Source: an uncultured Lachnospiraceae bacterium (lineage in GTDB: Bacteria > Bacillota > Clostridia > Lachnospirales > Lachnospiraceae). From it: a DNA stretch of 64,000 nt. Of this stretch, positions 27,970 through 38,045 are shown piece by piece. Each line of letters begins with the position of its first letter. Position 1 is the first letter of the stretch. The notes below the pieces were generated by a model, which was given only the letters and a program-made list of their open reading frames with translations, made no database searches and was not told the origin of the DNA. The translations under genes and the position numbers were made by a program. The stretch spans positions 129-64,128 of the forward strand of contig CADBRV010000052.1 in assembly GCA_902797185.1 (NCBI GenBank). Reading direction: 5' to 3'.

Positions 27970-30159
27970 TTATCCTTCTCCCAGGATGCTTTCCACGTCA
28001 TCCTTATAATCTTCTATTAATAAGAGCGTGCCGTCCCGGCATTCCAGGACCGAGTCGCCGATTTCATCCCAAAGTGCCTCATTAATCTCGTCCGCGATGA
28101 CTTCCGGCATGCCATGCCAGGAGTCGATGAAGCCTTTTGCCGGCTTTCCCTGCAGTAATAGTGACAGGATCTCCCTCTGCTGAGAGGTCAGGAGGGTGTC
28201 CTCGGAAAAGGAATTGAATTCCGCATCCGGTGATGGAAGCCCCGTGCCGGGAGTTTCCATCCCTGCCCCACTATTTTTCTGTGCATTGTCTAAAGAATGC
28301 ATCTCCTGGAGTTCCAAACTGCTGCCAGGAACGGCTGTTTCTTTTGCATCCCCCTGGCTTGGTGCCTCCGCCGGTTCCGCCTTCATCTCTGTCGCTGCCT
28401 TCTCCGGCGCCGCCTCTTCCGGCTCTGTCGTCCCCGGCACCGCCTTCTCTATCCTCTCATCCTGCAGTTCTTCCTCTGTCAGGAGGCTTTCCTGGGTAAC
28501 CAGGGCATCCTCCCGAATCTGCGCCAGGCTCTCAAAATGGAAGGTAACCTTCGGTCTTGCCGCCTCGATCTTTGCCTTGCGGTCCTCCTCCAGCACTTCC
28601 GTGATAAAAGGCACGGCCCAGGCATCCTCCTCCCGCTCTTTGAGCGGATACCCGGTCTTCAGGTAAAGGCGCATCTGCCGGTCCGCCTCATGGAGGAAGC
28701 CTTCCAGCTTTTTTCTGTCCAGATAAAGCCTGGAATATTCCTCCCGCCACCAGGCGCCATACATACACAAGACCCTGCAGCAGGGACCGATCTCATATTC
28801 AGCATCTTCCCGGGAATCGTCCCTGCTATCATAAACCGCATTTGCCAGTGGATACCACCTGTGCTGGTATTCTTTTCCAAAAAGCGCGGCAAACAGGTCC
28901 CTGCCGTCTTCCTCCTGATATTTTTGAAGAGCGGCGCGCCACATGGCAGCCAAAAGGCGGGTGCCCTCCTCTTTTTCTTTTTTAAAGACAATGGACGACG
29001 CGATCTTGCCGTTCCCGGCGGAAATGAGGGCGCCATAGACTTCCTGGTCATCGTAAGATCCCGGGTCTTTTAATACCATCATCGGGCGGCTTTTTTCCGA
29101 CTCCTCAGAAGGCACATATTTTTGTACTTCTTCGGCTGGCAGCCTTTTTACAATGGCAAGCTCCATTTTCCAGCGGTGCAGGTTTTCCCGCATCCTTTCA
29201 TCGCCATAGCCACGGTCCAGAAACCCAGTCTCAAACTCATCCATCTTTTCCAGGCTCTCATGGACAGAGCTTGTCCCGATCCCGTTCAAAAGTTCATAGA
29301 GATAGATATACGCATAAGACGAGGAAATATTTTCAAAGCTGCCCTTGCGCGCCCTTCTCCTCCAGGTAAAATAACCCCTGAGCTGGGCAGGTTTCAGGTC
29401 ATGGTAGGTGATAAAATAACGGTCCGGCACCTTGTCCCAGGGAAAATCATCCTCATAATTTTCCATAAACCTGCCCTGTTTGACAAAGTTCCTGCATTTC
29501 GATTCAAAGGAGCCGTCCCCATAGCGGTAAAGCTGCTGCATTTTCAGGATCTGCTCCGGGACATCCTCACCCTCCTGAGATGCCGTGGTATCCCTCCTAA
29601 ACGGGATCCTGGTCGAACGGTACTCCTGCTGGCCAGGCATCCCACCGTGCTGGTCTGGAGAGACGGTTTCTCGATGGATTGTAGTATCTTCCAATGAAGG
29701 CGATGCCGCTCCCCGGCCTGCCGCCGCTTTCTCCCGGTGGATCGGTGTGTTTTCATAAAAGGTCTCGGTCTTATCCCGCCGCCCCGGCGTATCCTCCAGG
29801 ACGATGGTATACCCTCTCGCCTCTTCTTCCTCCACGGCTTTGTCAAACATCCGGAAAACAACGGACGGCTCCGTATCCTCCGTAAAACGGACACCGGTCC
29901 ATTTCTCATTGCGCAGCCGGAAAGGTCCTGAAAGGTAAGGCTTCCCGGCTTCAGCCGCCAGCACTTCCTGCCCGCATTTGATATCACAGATCTCGACTTC
30001 CTGCCCGGATGCTTTATCCGTTGCTTTCATCAAAAGTGCCAGGCATTTTCCGCTCTTTGGAGCCGCCAGGACGGACACATTGGGATAATTTTCCCACAAA
30101 TGCAGTTCCTTGATATGGAATTTTTCCTCCGCATATGCAGCAAGTTCCCGCATCTTCAT
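27970..30159 (-). CDS. TerB-N / TerB-C domain protein with an extra N-terminal domain; SngA-like
   Basis: Central FITYHDLKPAQLRGYFTWRRRARKG is TerB-N-like. C-terminal LTSQQREILSLLLQGK...VIADEINEALWDEIGDSVLE is TerB-C-like. An E/P-rich linker joins them. The N-terminal ~120 aa resemble the MmcQ/YjbR fold (weak call). Confidence 0.6.
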   Translation of the reverse strand: MKMRELAAYAEEKFHIKELHLWENYPNVSVLAAPKSGKCLALLMKATDKASGQEVEICDIKCGQEVLAAEAGKPYLSGPFRLRNEKWTGVRFTEDTEPSVVFRMFDKAVEEEEARGYTIVLEDTPGRRDKTETFYENTPIHREKAAAGRGAASPSLEDTTIHRETVSPDQHGGMPGQQEYRSTRIPFRRDTTASQEGEDVPEQILKMQQLYRYGDGSFESKCRNFVKQGRFMENYEDDFPWDKVPDRYFITYHDLKPAQLRGYFTWRRRARKGSFENISSSYAYIYLYELLNGIGTSSVHESLEKMDEFETGFLDRGYGDERMRENLHRWKMELAIVKRLPAEEVQKYVPSEESEKSRPMMVLKDPGSYDDQEVYGALISAGNGKIASSIVFKKEKEEGTRLLAAMWRAALQKYQEEDGRDLFAALFGKEYQHRWYPLANAVYDSRDDSREDAEYEIGPCCRVLCMYGAWWREEYSRLYLDRKKLEGFLHEADRQMRLYLKTGYPLKEREEDAWAVPFITEVLEEDRKAKIEAARPKVTFHFESLAQIREDALVTQESLLTEEELQDERIEKAVPGTTEPEEAAPEKAATEMKAEPAEAPSQGDAKETAVPGSSLELQEMHSLDNAQKNSGAGMETPGTGLPSPDAEFNSFSEDTLLTSQQREILSLLLQGKPAKGFIDSWHGMPEVIADEINEALWDEIGDSVLECRDGTLLLIEDYKDDVESILGEG

Positions 30160-30542
30160 CTGGCCCGGTCCTCCGCCCGTTTAACGTCATTTGGCTGTAT
30201 TCTCCACCTGTTGCTTTTTTCATGGATGCTTTTCCCACACATTCCACTTTTTATCCCCGCCCCATAGCCTCTTTTCCTACGATTCCTTGGCTCTGCTGGC
30301 CTGGCATAAATCAATATTAACCACTGCCCGGCTTTTAAACAAGTTTCTTTCCCGTACTGCCTGTTTTGTATTAGAATAAAGCAGTTAGAAAAATTTTGAG
30401 GATAACATCATATGCCGGTTTGGCATCCGGCCTCATACCGATAAAAGGGATTTTGACAGAAAGAATCCTCATGGACCCTGGCAGAAAGTATACGAAAGGG
30501 GCCCTGGCAGAAAAAATACTGTCCGAAAGGAAAGGAGCCGTT

Positions 30543-31502
30543 TTGCAAAACCTCATTTACAGCTTAAACGTCACCATGCCGATTTTTATCCTGATGGTGC
30601 TGGGATATTTTCTCCACTCCATCGGATGGATCCGTGACGGGTTTGCATCCAAACTCAATACCTTTGTGTTCCGGCTCCCCCTGCCCCTTCTGGTATTCCA
30701 GGACCTGGCATCGGTGGACATCCGCAAAACCTGGGACGGCACGTATGTCCTGTTCTGCTTCCTGGTCACGCTGTTTTCGATCCTTTTAATGGCACTTTTA
30801 TCCAAATTTGCTGTAAAAGACAAACCACGGCGCGGGGAATTCGTCCAGGCCGCTTACCGAAGCAGCGCCGCCCTGCTGGGCATGGCCTATATTTCCAACA
30901 TGTACCAGGATACTTCCATGGGACCGCTGATGATCGTGGGCGCTGTGCCTTTGTATAATGTAGCGGCTGTGGTCCTTTTGTCTGTAACAGCGGAGGATGC
31001 CCAGGCAAAATCAGGCGAAGACCGCAGCGCGTTGGCGAAACGCACCATCCGGAATATTTTCACCAACCCGATCCTGATCGGCATCTTCTTCGGGATCCTC
31101 TGGTCCCTGCTCCGCCTGCCATTATCCGGCATTTTCGCCACCACGATTTCCAATGTGGCTCGGACCGCCACCCCGCTGGGGCTTATCGCCATGGGTGCCA
31201 GCATCCGTCTCAAAGACGTGGGCGGGCAGCTGAAGCCCTCCCTTCTGGCTGCTTTCTTTAAGATTGTAGGGCTTTCCGCCATCTTCCTGCCTCTGGCAGT
31301 CATGATGGGATTCCGGACCCAGAAACTGGTTTCGATCCTGGTTATGCTGGGATCCCCCACTACCGTTTCCTGCTTCGTCATGGCGAAAAACATGGGGCAC
31401 GATGGTGCTTTGACCGCCAACAGCGTTGTCTTTACTACCGTGCTCAGTTCCTTTACCTTGACCCTCTGGATCTGGATTTTAAAGAATGCGGGATTAATCT
31501 GA
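30543..31502 (+). CDS. AEC (auxin efflux carrier) family transporter
   Basis: About 10 TM helices. Start set at TTG 30543 (AAAGGAG SD 5 nt upstream), giving the usual ~319 aa. The track ORF begins at 30396. Confidence 0.75.
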   Translation: MQNLIYSLNVTMPIFILMVLGYFLHSIGWIRDGFASKLNTFVFRLPLPLLVFQDLASVDIRKTWDGTYVLFCFLVTLFSILLMALLSKFAVKDKPRRGEFVQAAYRSSAALLGMAYISNMYQDTSMGPLMIVGAVPLYNVAAVVLLSVTAEDAQAKSGEDRSALAKRTIRNIFTNPILIGIFFGILWSLLRLPLSGIFATTISNVARTATPLGLIAMGASIRLKDVGGQLKPSLLAAFFKIVGLSAIFLPLAVMMGFRTQKLVSILVMLGSPTTVSCFVMAKNMGHDGALTANSVVFTTVLSSFTLTLWIWILKNAGLI

Positions 31503-31582
31503 AAAGGCAGTGAAACAGATACTGTTTACTGGAAAAAGCCTGCCACACGGAAGGCTGTTCCTCACGGCAGGCTGCTGTGCAG

Positions 31583-31610
31583 ATAAAAGGCGGGGCAAAA
31601 CTGCCCCGCC
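31583..31610 (-). terminator. Terminator after the sigma-like giant gene (hairpin shared with the convergent AEC gene)
   Basis: GGCGGGGCA-gttt-TGCCCCGCC followed by TTTTAT on the minus strand. Confidence 0.65.
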
Positions 31611-31665
31611 CATGTAATATGGCTATCCTAAAAACCATATCGTAAAACTTCTTATTGATGCCTTC

Positions 31666-34600
31666 TTACTGCACCGTGACGGTGATCTTCGCCTTCGCAT
31701 TTTCCCATTTGTCTGTACCGGTCTTTACCTTGGATGCTGGGATCTTGATGTAAACCACTTCGCCTTCTCCGGAATCCACCTGCTCGGAATTGAATGTGCC
31801 CTTGGCGGTAAAGATCTTCCCATTGTCACCCGTCATGGACAGCCGGAAATCGGAATACCTTACTGTAGAGGACGTGCCGTTTGCCAGCCAGATGCCGGCC
31901 ATGACGCTTCCGTCATCCTGCTGCCATGCAAAGACAGGCTTGGCGCTGGCCGTACCACTGTAATAATCCTCCGAATTATTGTAGTAATAGACATCATCGC
32001 TTAAAAGCGCCGCATTCCTTCCGTCTTCCTTTGCCTGTAAATAATCCTCGGAATAGAAGGAGCTGTCTGTGCTGGTGTAATTGTCCACTTCTTCCTGCTT
32101 CGACGGGTCGATCTTCCACTCGCCGCCTTCTTCCACCAGCGGGAGCAGGAATGCCGAATCGGATACGGTCTTTCCGGGTGCCGGGCCGGATACGCTGTAG
32201 TAATCCAGGTTCAGGCCATAAACACCGTTTCCTTCATAAACGATCTTGGCGTTGTCATTCGCATACTGGGAAAGGTCCGCAGCCGCAAAAGCGTCCGCAT
32301 ATTTCTGGACCGTCGCATCATCCGTCCCCGATACAAACAGGGAAGAATAATCTGCCGCATCCGAAGATGCCAGCCCTGCGATTTCTTCTGCCACGTCATT
32401 TGCTGCCTCCTGGGCAGTCTTGGTAGAGGTACTGCCAGCCGGAATCAGGCTGCGCCCTAAAGTCAAAAACAGGATCAATGCAGCTGCCACCGCCGTGCAA
32501 AGCACGATCCAGAAGGACGCCCTCCGATGAAGAGGCTTTTCTTCCTCCTCGTCTTCCAGCATATCCACTTCCTGTTTTTCCTGGTTCTGATCCGCAAAGA
32601 AGCTGTTCTCTTCTTCCTCGTCCGGAGTCTCCGTAAAAGCAGGCAGGTCGTAATCATCCACCAGCTCTCTTGCAGGCTGTGTGGGTTCTTCCGTCTCAGG
32701 CTGGACGCCTTCTTCGGATTCCTGCGGAATGCTTTCCTCCGTTTCCTGCGGAGTGCCTTCCTCGGATTCCTGTGAAACGTCCTTCTCGGTTTCAGGAAGA
32801 ACATCCTCCGACGCAGGTGCTTCCTGATCGGATTCAGGAGCTTCCTCTGTGGTTTCTTCTGCCCCAGGTTCAGAAACTTCTTCTGTAGTTTCTTCTACCG
32901 GAACCTCTTCTGTTTCCGGTTCGGAAACTTCTTCTACAGATTCTTGTTCCTGAGCCTCTTCCGTTTCCTGTTCAGAGGATTCTACTACTGGCTCCTCGGT
33001 CGGTTCTTCCACCGGCTCTGGCTCAGTTGTTTCTTCCATCTGTTCCTCAGCAGCCGATTCTTCTTCATTCTCAGTTTCAGGAGCTTCCTCTTCTGCTGGC
33101 TCTTCAACTTCTGGTTCGGAGGATTCTTCTACCGTCTCTTCGACCGATTCTTCCGCTGGCTCTGGCTCAGAGGTTTCTTCTACCGATGCTTCCTCCGGTT
33201 TCTCTTCTTCACTTTCAGTTTCAGGAACTTCGTCACTTGTTTCCTCAACCTCAGGTTCAGGCTCTTCTGCAGTCTCTTCCGGTTCGGATGGCTCCTCGAT
33301 CGGTTCTTCCACCGGCGTCGATCCAGATGTTTCTTCTACCTCTTCCGGTTCGGCGTTTTCCTCTACCGGTTCCTCTTTACCTTCGCTTTCAGAAGCTTCC
33401 TCTTCCGTTGCCTCTTCAACCTCAGGCTCAGAATCCTCTTCTACAGATTCTTCTTCCGGAGTCTCTTCTGTTTCCGATTCAGAGGATTTTTCTACCGGCT
33501 CCTCTGCTGGCTTTTCTTCTTCCTTCTCGGTCTCAGGAGCTTCCGCTTTCTCTTCAGGGGCATCCGCCTCTTCCTTTTCAGAAGTTTTTTCTTCCGTGAC
33601 AGAAGCCTTCGCTTCCTTCTCCAGGAATCGAACTTCTCCCGCAAGGGCATCCTTATCAAAATCTGCTTCAGAGGCAGGTACTGCCCACGGGGTCTTCCCG
33701 CCAAGCTCTACACCCGAGCCAACTTCCAGTATTGTCACCTGTTCGGCGGCACCTTCATAAGAAGGCACATCTGCTGCCTGGATAATATCCGGAAGCTCCT
33801 CCTGGCCTTCCGCAGCCTGTTCCTGGAAACCATCTTCTTCTGCTCCTGGTTCCACAGCCCCTGGTTCCGGTTCGTCAGCCTCAGATTCCGATCCGGCTGA
33901 TTCCGCAGGAGTTCCGGCATCATTTCCGAATTCTGATCCGCTTCCAGGTTCACCGCTGTCTTCTCCCGGTACGTGTTCCCCTGTTTCAGATGCAGTTTCA
34001 TCCGTATCCGGGAACAGGTCGATCATCTCCAGGCCATCGTCTGCATTTTCTTCCGTTGATCCGGAAGCACTGCCAGACGCTGCCGCATCCTCTGATGCCT
34101 CTGTCTCACTGCCAGGCTCTGACGCATCCTCCAGTGCCCCTGGCTCGCTGCCGGACGCTGCCGCATTTTCTGAATCTTCCAGCGCTTTCCCGGCATCTCC
34201 CGATGCCTGGGCTTCTCCCGCACCTTCCGCGCTTTCCTCCACGTCTCCGGAGCCGGAAGCGCCGGCTTTTGCAGCCTCTTCTTCTTGGAAAATACGCTCC
34301 AGGACCGCCGTATTTTCTTCTGTCGCGGCCAAAAAGGCCTTGTCCAGCTTCTTCTTCCGCTCTTCCGGTGGGGTCGTCCTGGCCTTGTAATGCTTATAGC
34401 TTTCTTCCGCGTCGGCAGGCGCACTCTTCCGCTCCATCTCTGCCGCTTTTTTCAATAACGCGTAAAACCAGGTAATGGTAGGAAGCCCATACAAATCTGC
34501 CCCATGCTTTTCCAGTTCCAGCACAGCCGCTTTCACATGCTTCTTGGCATAGGTAACCTGCATATGTGCTTCATCCTGGGAAATGCCGAACATGTCCCCG

Positions 34601-35091
34601 ATTTTCGAAAAGGAATAGCCCTCTTGGCGCAGGCGGATGCAGGACGCCTGGATACCGGGAATGTCATAAAAAATATAAGCAAGTACCTGGAACAGGTCCT
34701 TTTTCTTTAAATCAATACGGGAAAGGATGGCCTTTTCATTCGAAACGACCCTCCTGCTGGCTTCGTCTTTCGAAGTCACTTCCGGAAGGGCGGGGTCATC
34801 CATCACCCTGCCTGCTTCCTTCCACTGGTTGAGCTTTAGGCAGGTGGTCTCGGCTTTCTGCCTGGCCCAGTCATCAAACTGGTAGGTATCAGGAATCGCG
34901 CTGGTATCGGAGAAGATCTGGTCAAAGATTTCCTGTTCCAGGAAGGAAGCCTTGCTTTCATCGTACCCGCAGTGGCACAGTGCCGCTTCATGGACCATCG
35001 GATACAGTTTCTCATAGAGAATCTGTTCCGACCCTTCCTTGCCTTGTTTCAGATCGTCTATATATGAGCTCCAGTCAAAAGTTGTCCTCAT
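31666..35091 (-). CDS. 1141-aa membrane protein: sigma-70-like N-terminal domain, ~600-aa acidic low-complexity linker, one TM helix, extracytoplasmic C-terminal domain
   Basis: Region-4-like HTH LRQEGYSFSKIGDMFGISQDEAHMQVTYAKKHV. E/P/S/T-rich repeats (EEPxEE, SEPE) span roughly aa 240-845. The TM helix is ASFWIVLCTAVAAALILFLTLG. The C-terminal ~270 aa are paralogous to the next gene. Confidence 0.6.
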   Translation of the reverse strand: MRTTFDWSSYIDDLKQGKEGSEQILYEKLYPMVHEAALCHCGYDESKASFLEQEIFDQIFSDTSAIPDTYQFDDWARQKAETTCLKLNQWKEAGRVMDDPALPEVTSKDEASRRVVSNEKAILSRIDLKKKDLFQVLAYIFYDIPGIQASCIRLRQEGYSFSKIGDMFGISQDEAHMQVTYAKKHVKAAVLELEKHGADLYGLPTITWFYALLKKAAEMERKSAPADAEESYKHYKARTTPPEERKKKLDKAFLAATEENTAVLERIFQEEEAAKAGASGSGDVEESAEGAGEAQASGDAGKALEDSENAAASGSEPGALEDASEPGSETEASEDAAASGSASGSTEENADDGLEMIDLFPDTDETASETGEHVPGEDSGEPGSGSEFGNDAGTPAESAGSESEADEPEPGAVEPGAEEDGFQEQAAEGQEELPDIIQAADVPSYEGAAEQVTILEVGSGVELGGKTPWAVPASEADFDKDALAGEVRFLEKEAKASVTEEKTSEKEEADAPEEKAEAPETEKEEEKPAEEPVEKSSESETEETPEEESVEEDSEPEVEEATEEEASESEGKEEPVEENAEPEEVEETSGSTPVEEPIEEPSEPEETAEEPEPEVEETSDEVPETESEEEKPEEASVEETSEPEPAEESVEETVEESSEPEVEEPAEEEAPETENEEESAAEEQMEETTEPEPVEEPTEEPVVESSEQETEEAQEQESVEEVSEPETEEVPVEETTEEVSEPGAEETTEEAPESDQEAPASEDVLPETEKDVSQESEEGTPQETEESIPQESEEGVQPETEEPTQPARELVDDYDLPAFTETPDEEEENSFFADQNQEKQEVDMLEDEEEEKPLHRRASFWIVLCTAVAAALILFLTLGRSLIPAGSTSTKTAQEAANDVAEEIAGLASSDAADYSSLFVSGTDDATVQKYADAFAAADLSQYANDNAKIVYEGNGVYGLNLDYYSVSGPAPGKTVSDSAFLLPLVEEGGEWKIDPSKQEEVDNYTSTDSSFYSEDYLQAKEDGRNAALLSDDVYYYNNSEDYYSGTASAKPVFAWQQDDGSVMAGIWLANGTSSTVRYSDFRLSMTGDNGKIFTAKGTFNSEQVDSGEGEVVYIKIPASKVKTGTDKWENAKAKITVTVQ

Positions 35092-35350
35092 CCTATATTT
35101 CCTTTGTCATTTAACGCTCAAAACGACGGCGCATGCATCCGGCTCCCGTACTTTCATACTTTGGAACCATGCCGCGCAAAAAATCCTTTACAAAAACATA
35201 CAAAATACAAATAAAAACCAGTACAAACCGGTTATCAACATCTGTTATCAGGCATCCATAATCTGGGCATCAGCAGCCTGGCATACCCCATCCGGCGTAC
35301 GCCTCCGCGTCCACCGCCGGCATCTGGCATCGGAAATCAGCCTTTGTCCT

Positions 35351-36811
35351 TTAAGAAACCGTAACCGTCCCTGTCAGCGAGCTCCAGGTGGCTGTACCCG
35401 TATAAACGGACGCTGCCGGCACCCTGACAAATACCATCTTCCCGGTCCCGGCCGGCACGGTGACGCTCATTGCGCAGGAGCCGGACAGCACCTGGTTCTC
35501 ATCGGTCAAAGACAGGGAGATGCTGCTGTAAGAAACATCAGAAGAGGTGCCGTTGGCAAGCCAAACGCCTACCACCACGTCGCCATTTTCTTCCTGCCAT
35601 GCCATAATGGCTTTCGATGCCGTCGTGCCGCTGTATACGCTGGTCGTGCCCGAATATAGGTAATTGCCATCCGCCATGGTCGCCACATTCCTTCCGGCAT
35701 TCCTTGCCGCGTAGTAGCCATTGGTATGGGTATTGACGCCGGAATATTCCACGGAGGAAATATCCTTCTGGGCACTGGAATTGAGCTGCAGCTTCCACTG
35801 GCCGTTTTCCTGTACCATTTTCAGTACAAAGGACCTTGCGGTGGAAGCATTGCCTTCCTGGTAATAAACAAAATTCACAATATAGCCGCTGCCATCATAC
35901 AGCTCCGAAAGGATCCTGGTGGACTTGCTGAGCTGGGAAAGCCCGGCCTGCTGCACCTGGCCGAACAGGCTGCTGACCAGATCCGACGAAGAATCGGAGG
36001 AAAACAGCGACTGGAAATTGGCAAGGCTGTCCGTCTGGGAGGCAAAAAGCCCTGCCAGGCTGCTGGTGGCGTCTACCGCCTCGCTGCCATGGGAGCTGTC
36101 GGTCTCAGAGGAGTAGGTAATATCCGCCATGGAGTACGCTGTCGGTCCGGAAGGCGTGCTTGGGTTCGTCCCGCTGCCAGAACCGTTATTCCCATCCCTT
36201 CCGGAATTCGAACCATTATTCGAGCCGGAACCATTGTTTCCCTGGCTGCCGGAGCCATTGCTGGAGCCTGAGCCATTATTGGAACTGGATCCATTGTTCC
36301 CAGTGCTGCCACTCTGGCCTGTAGGGCCTTGGCTGCCGGAAGACCGTCTTCCTGCGCTCTGGCTTCCAGTACTGCTGCCTGCCAGGCTTCCCTTCGACGT
36401 ATTGGAAGAAGAGGCAGCGGCAGATCCGGACCTGCTGCTGCCGGAAGCAGGTTTTACCACGCTGCCAGCGGCTGCATTTCCGACGGTTTTCCCTGTATTG
36501 GAAGTCCCGGCTGTCACGGAAGAAGCGGCTGCCTGGAAAGAGGCAGCCTCCGATGCTTCTTCGCTCCCTTCTGTATCTGTTTCAGACGCTGTCTTTTCTG
36601 AAGACTTCGATTCCCCCGCGTCCGCGGAAGCAACCGCATTGCCGGAACTCATGGCATTGCCGGATTCTTCCACCGCAAAAACCTTCGAAGTCAGCGAAGA
36701 AGCGGTGGCAGATTCCTGCCCGCCTGTATGCCCGCAGCCTGCCAGAAGCCCTGCCGACATCCCCAGCATGGCTAATAAGAAAGCCGCCTGATATCCTGAA
36801 GCTCTTCTCAT
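35351..36811 (-). CDS. Lipoprotein with S/G/N-rich linker and a C-terminal domain shared with the upstream giant protein
   Basis: Lipobox LLAGC. AWQEENGDVVVGVWLANGTSSDV here aligns with AWQQDDGSVMAGIWLANGTSSTV in the 31666..35091 product. Start set at MRRASGY. Confidence 0.6.
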   Translation of the reverse strand: MRRASGYQAAFLLAMLGMSAGLLAGCGHTGGQESATASSLTSKVFAVEESGNAMSSGNAVASADAGESKSSEKTASETDTEGSEEASEAASFQAAASSVTAGTSNTGKTVGNAAAGSVVKPASGSSRSGSAAASSSNTSKGSLAGSSTGSQSAGRRSSGSQGPTGQSGSTGNNGSSSNNGSGSSNGSGSQGNNGSGSNNGSNSGRDGNNGSGSGTNPSTPSGPTAYSMADITYSSETDSSHGSEAVDATSSLAGLFASQTDSLANFQSLFSSDSSSDLVSSLFGQVQQAGLSQLSKSTRILSELYDGSGYIVNFVYYQEGNASTARSFVLKMVQENGQWKLQLNSSAQKDISSVEYSGVNTHTNGYYAARNAGRNVATMADGNYLYSGTTSVYSGTTASKAIMAWQEENGDVVVGVWLANGTSSDVSYSSISLSLTDENQVLSGSCAMSVTVPAGTGKMVFVRVPAASVYTGTATWSSLTGTVTVS

Positions 36812-36847
36812 CCACATTCCCTCTTGGGCCATCTGGCCGGCGCAGCC

Positions 36848-37966
36848 TTAAAGCTCCTGCCTTGCTGCCGACAGCGCGGCAGCCACCACCTGGTCCATGT
36901 CATAATACTTATATTCCCCAAGCCTGCCGCCAAAACGGACTTTGCCCGCCGTCTGTTCCGCAAGCTCCTGGTATTTCTGAAACAAGGTGCCGTTCTTCTC
37001 ATCGTTGACCGGATAGTACGGCTCCTGGCCCGGTTTCCACTCGGAAGAATATTCCCTGGAAATCACGGTCTTCGGAAGGTCATTGCCCTCCTCGTCTTTC
37101 CCGAACTCAAACCATTTGTGCTCGATGATCCTGGTCCAGGGCGTCTCCCGGTCCGTGTAATTGACGGCGGCATTGCCCTGGAAATTGGGCGTGTCCAGCA
37201 CCTGGGTGTCAAACCGCACGGAGCGATATTCCAGGTGCCCCAGGCAGCACCCGAAGAACGAGTCGATAGGGCCTGTATAAATGACCCTCTCCGCCAGCCT
37301 GTCAAAGCCTTCCCGGTCTTCCAGGTAATCCTCGCCCAGCTTTACTTCGATACCATCCATAAGGCGCTCCACCAGTTTGGTATAACCTCCGATGGGGATC
37401 CCCTGATACAGCGCGTTAAAATAATTATTGTCAAAAGTAAAGCGCACCGGAAGCCTCTTGATAATAAAGGCAGGCAGGTCCTTGCAGTCCCTTCCCCATT
37501 GCTTTTCCGTATAGCCCTTTACCAGCTTTTCATAGATATCGGTCCCCACAAGGGAAATCGCCTGCTCCTCCAGATTTTTCGGATTGGTAATGCCGGCGGC
37601 TTTCCTCTGCTCTTCAATCTTTTCCTTTGCCTGCTGCGGCGTCACCACGCCCCACATCCGGTTGAAGGTGTACATGTTAAATGGCAGGGAATAAAGCTCC
37701 CCTTTGTAATTTGCCACCGGGCTGTTGGTAAAACGGTTGAAGCGGACAAACTGGTTTAAATAGTTCCAAACTTCTTCGTTATTGGTATGGAAAATATGGG
37801 CCCCATATTTGTGGACATGGATGCCTTCGATATCCTCCGTATAGACATTGCCGGCAATATGCGGGCGCCGTTCGATGACCAGCACCTTTTTCCCAGCCTT
37901 TTTTGCTTCCTGGGCGAACACTGCCCCGTAAAGACCGCTGCCAACAATCAGATAGTCGTATTTCAT
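36848..37966 (-). CDS. glf: UDP-galactopyranose mutase
   Basis: MKYDYLIVGSGLYGAVFA FAD-binding fold and full-length resemblance to Glf (372 aa). Confidence 0.9.
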   Translation of the reverse strand: MKYDYLIVGSGLYGAVFAQEAKKAGKKVLVIERRPHIAGNVYTEDIEGIHVHKYGAHIFHTNNEEVWNYLNQFVRFNRFTNSPVANYKGELYSLPFNMYTFNRMWGVVTPQQAKEKIEEQRKAAGITNPKNLEEQAISLVGTDIYEKLVKGYTEKQWGRDCKDLPAFIIKRLPVRFTFDNNYFNALYQGIPIGGYTKLVERLMDGIEVKLGEDYLEDREGFDRLAERVIYTGPIDSFFGCCLGHLEYRSVRFDTQVLDTPNFQGNAAVNYTDRETPWTRIIEHKWFEFGKDEEGNDLPKTVISREYSSEWKPGQEPYYPVNDEKNGTLFQKYQELAEQTAGKVRFGGRLGEYKYYDMDQVVAAALSAARQEL

Positions 37967-38045
37967 CTTTTTCTCCTCTTGCCCTTAGGGCGCACTTGCC
38001 CACATAGCACAGGTTACCATAATTATACGCCGTACTCCATAAAAT

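Noticed and set aside
32944-33900. 318-aa plus-strand ORF rich in F/L/R/S; parallel ORFs at 33027..33599 and 33990..34475
   Set aside because: These are mirror frames of the GAA/GAG-rich acidic repeat region of the 1141-aa gene, where antisense TTC/CTC codons give an open frame by composition alone.
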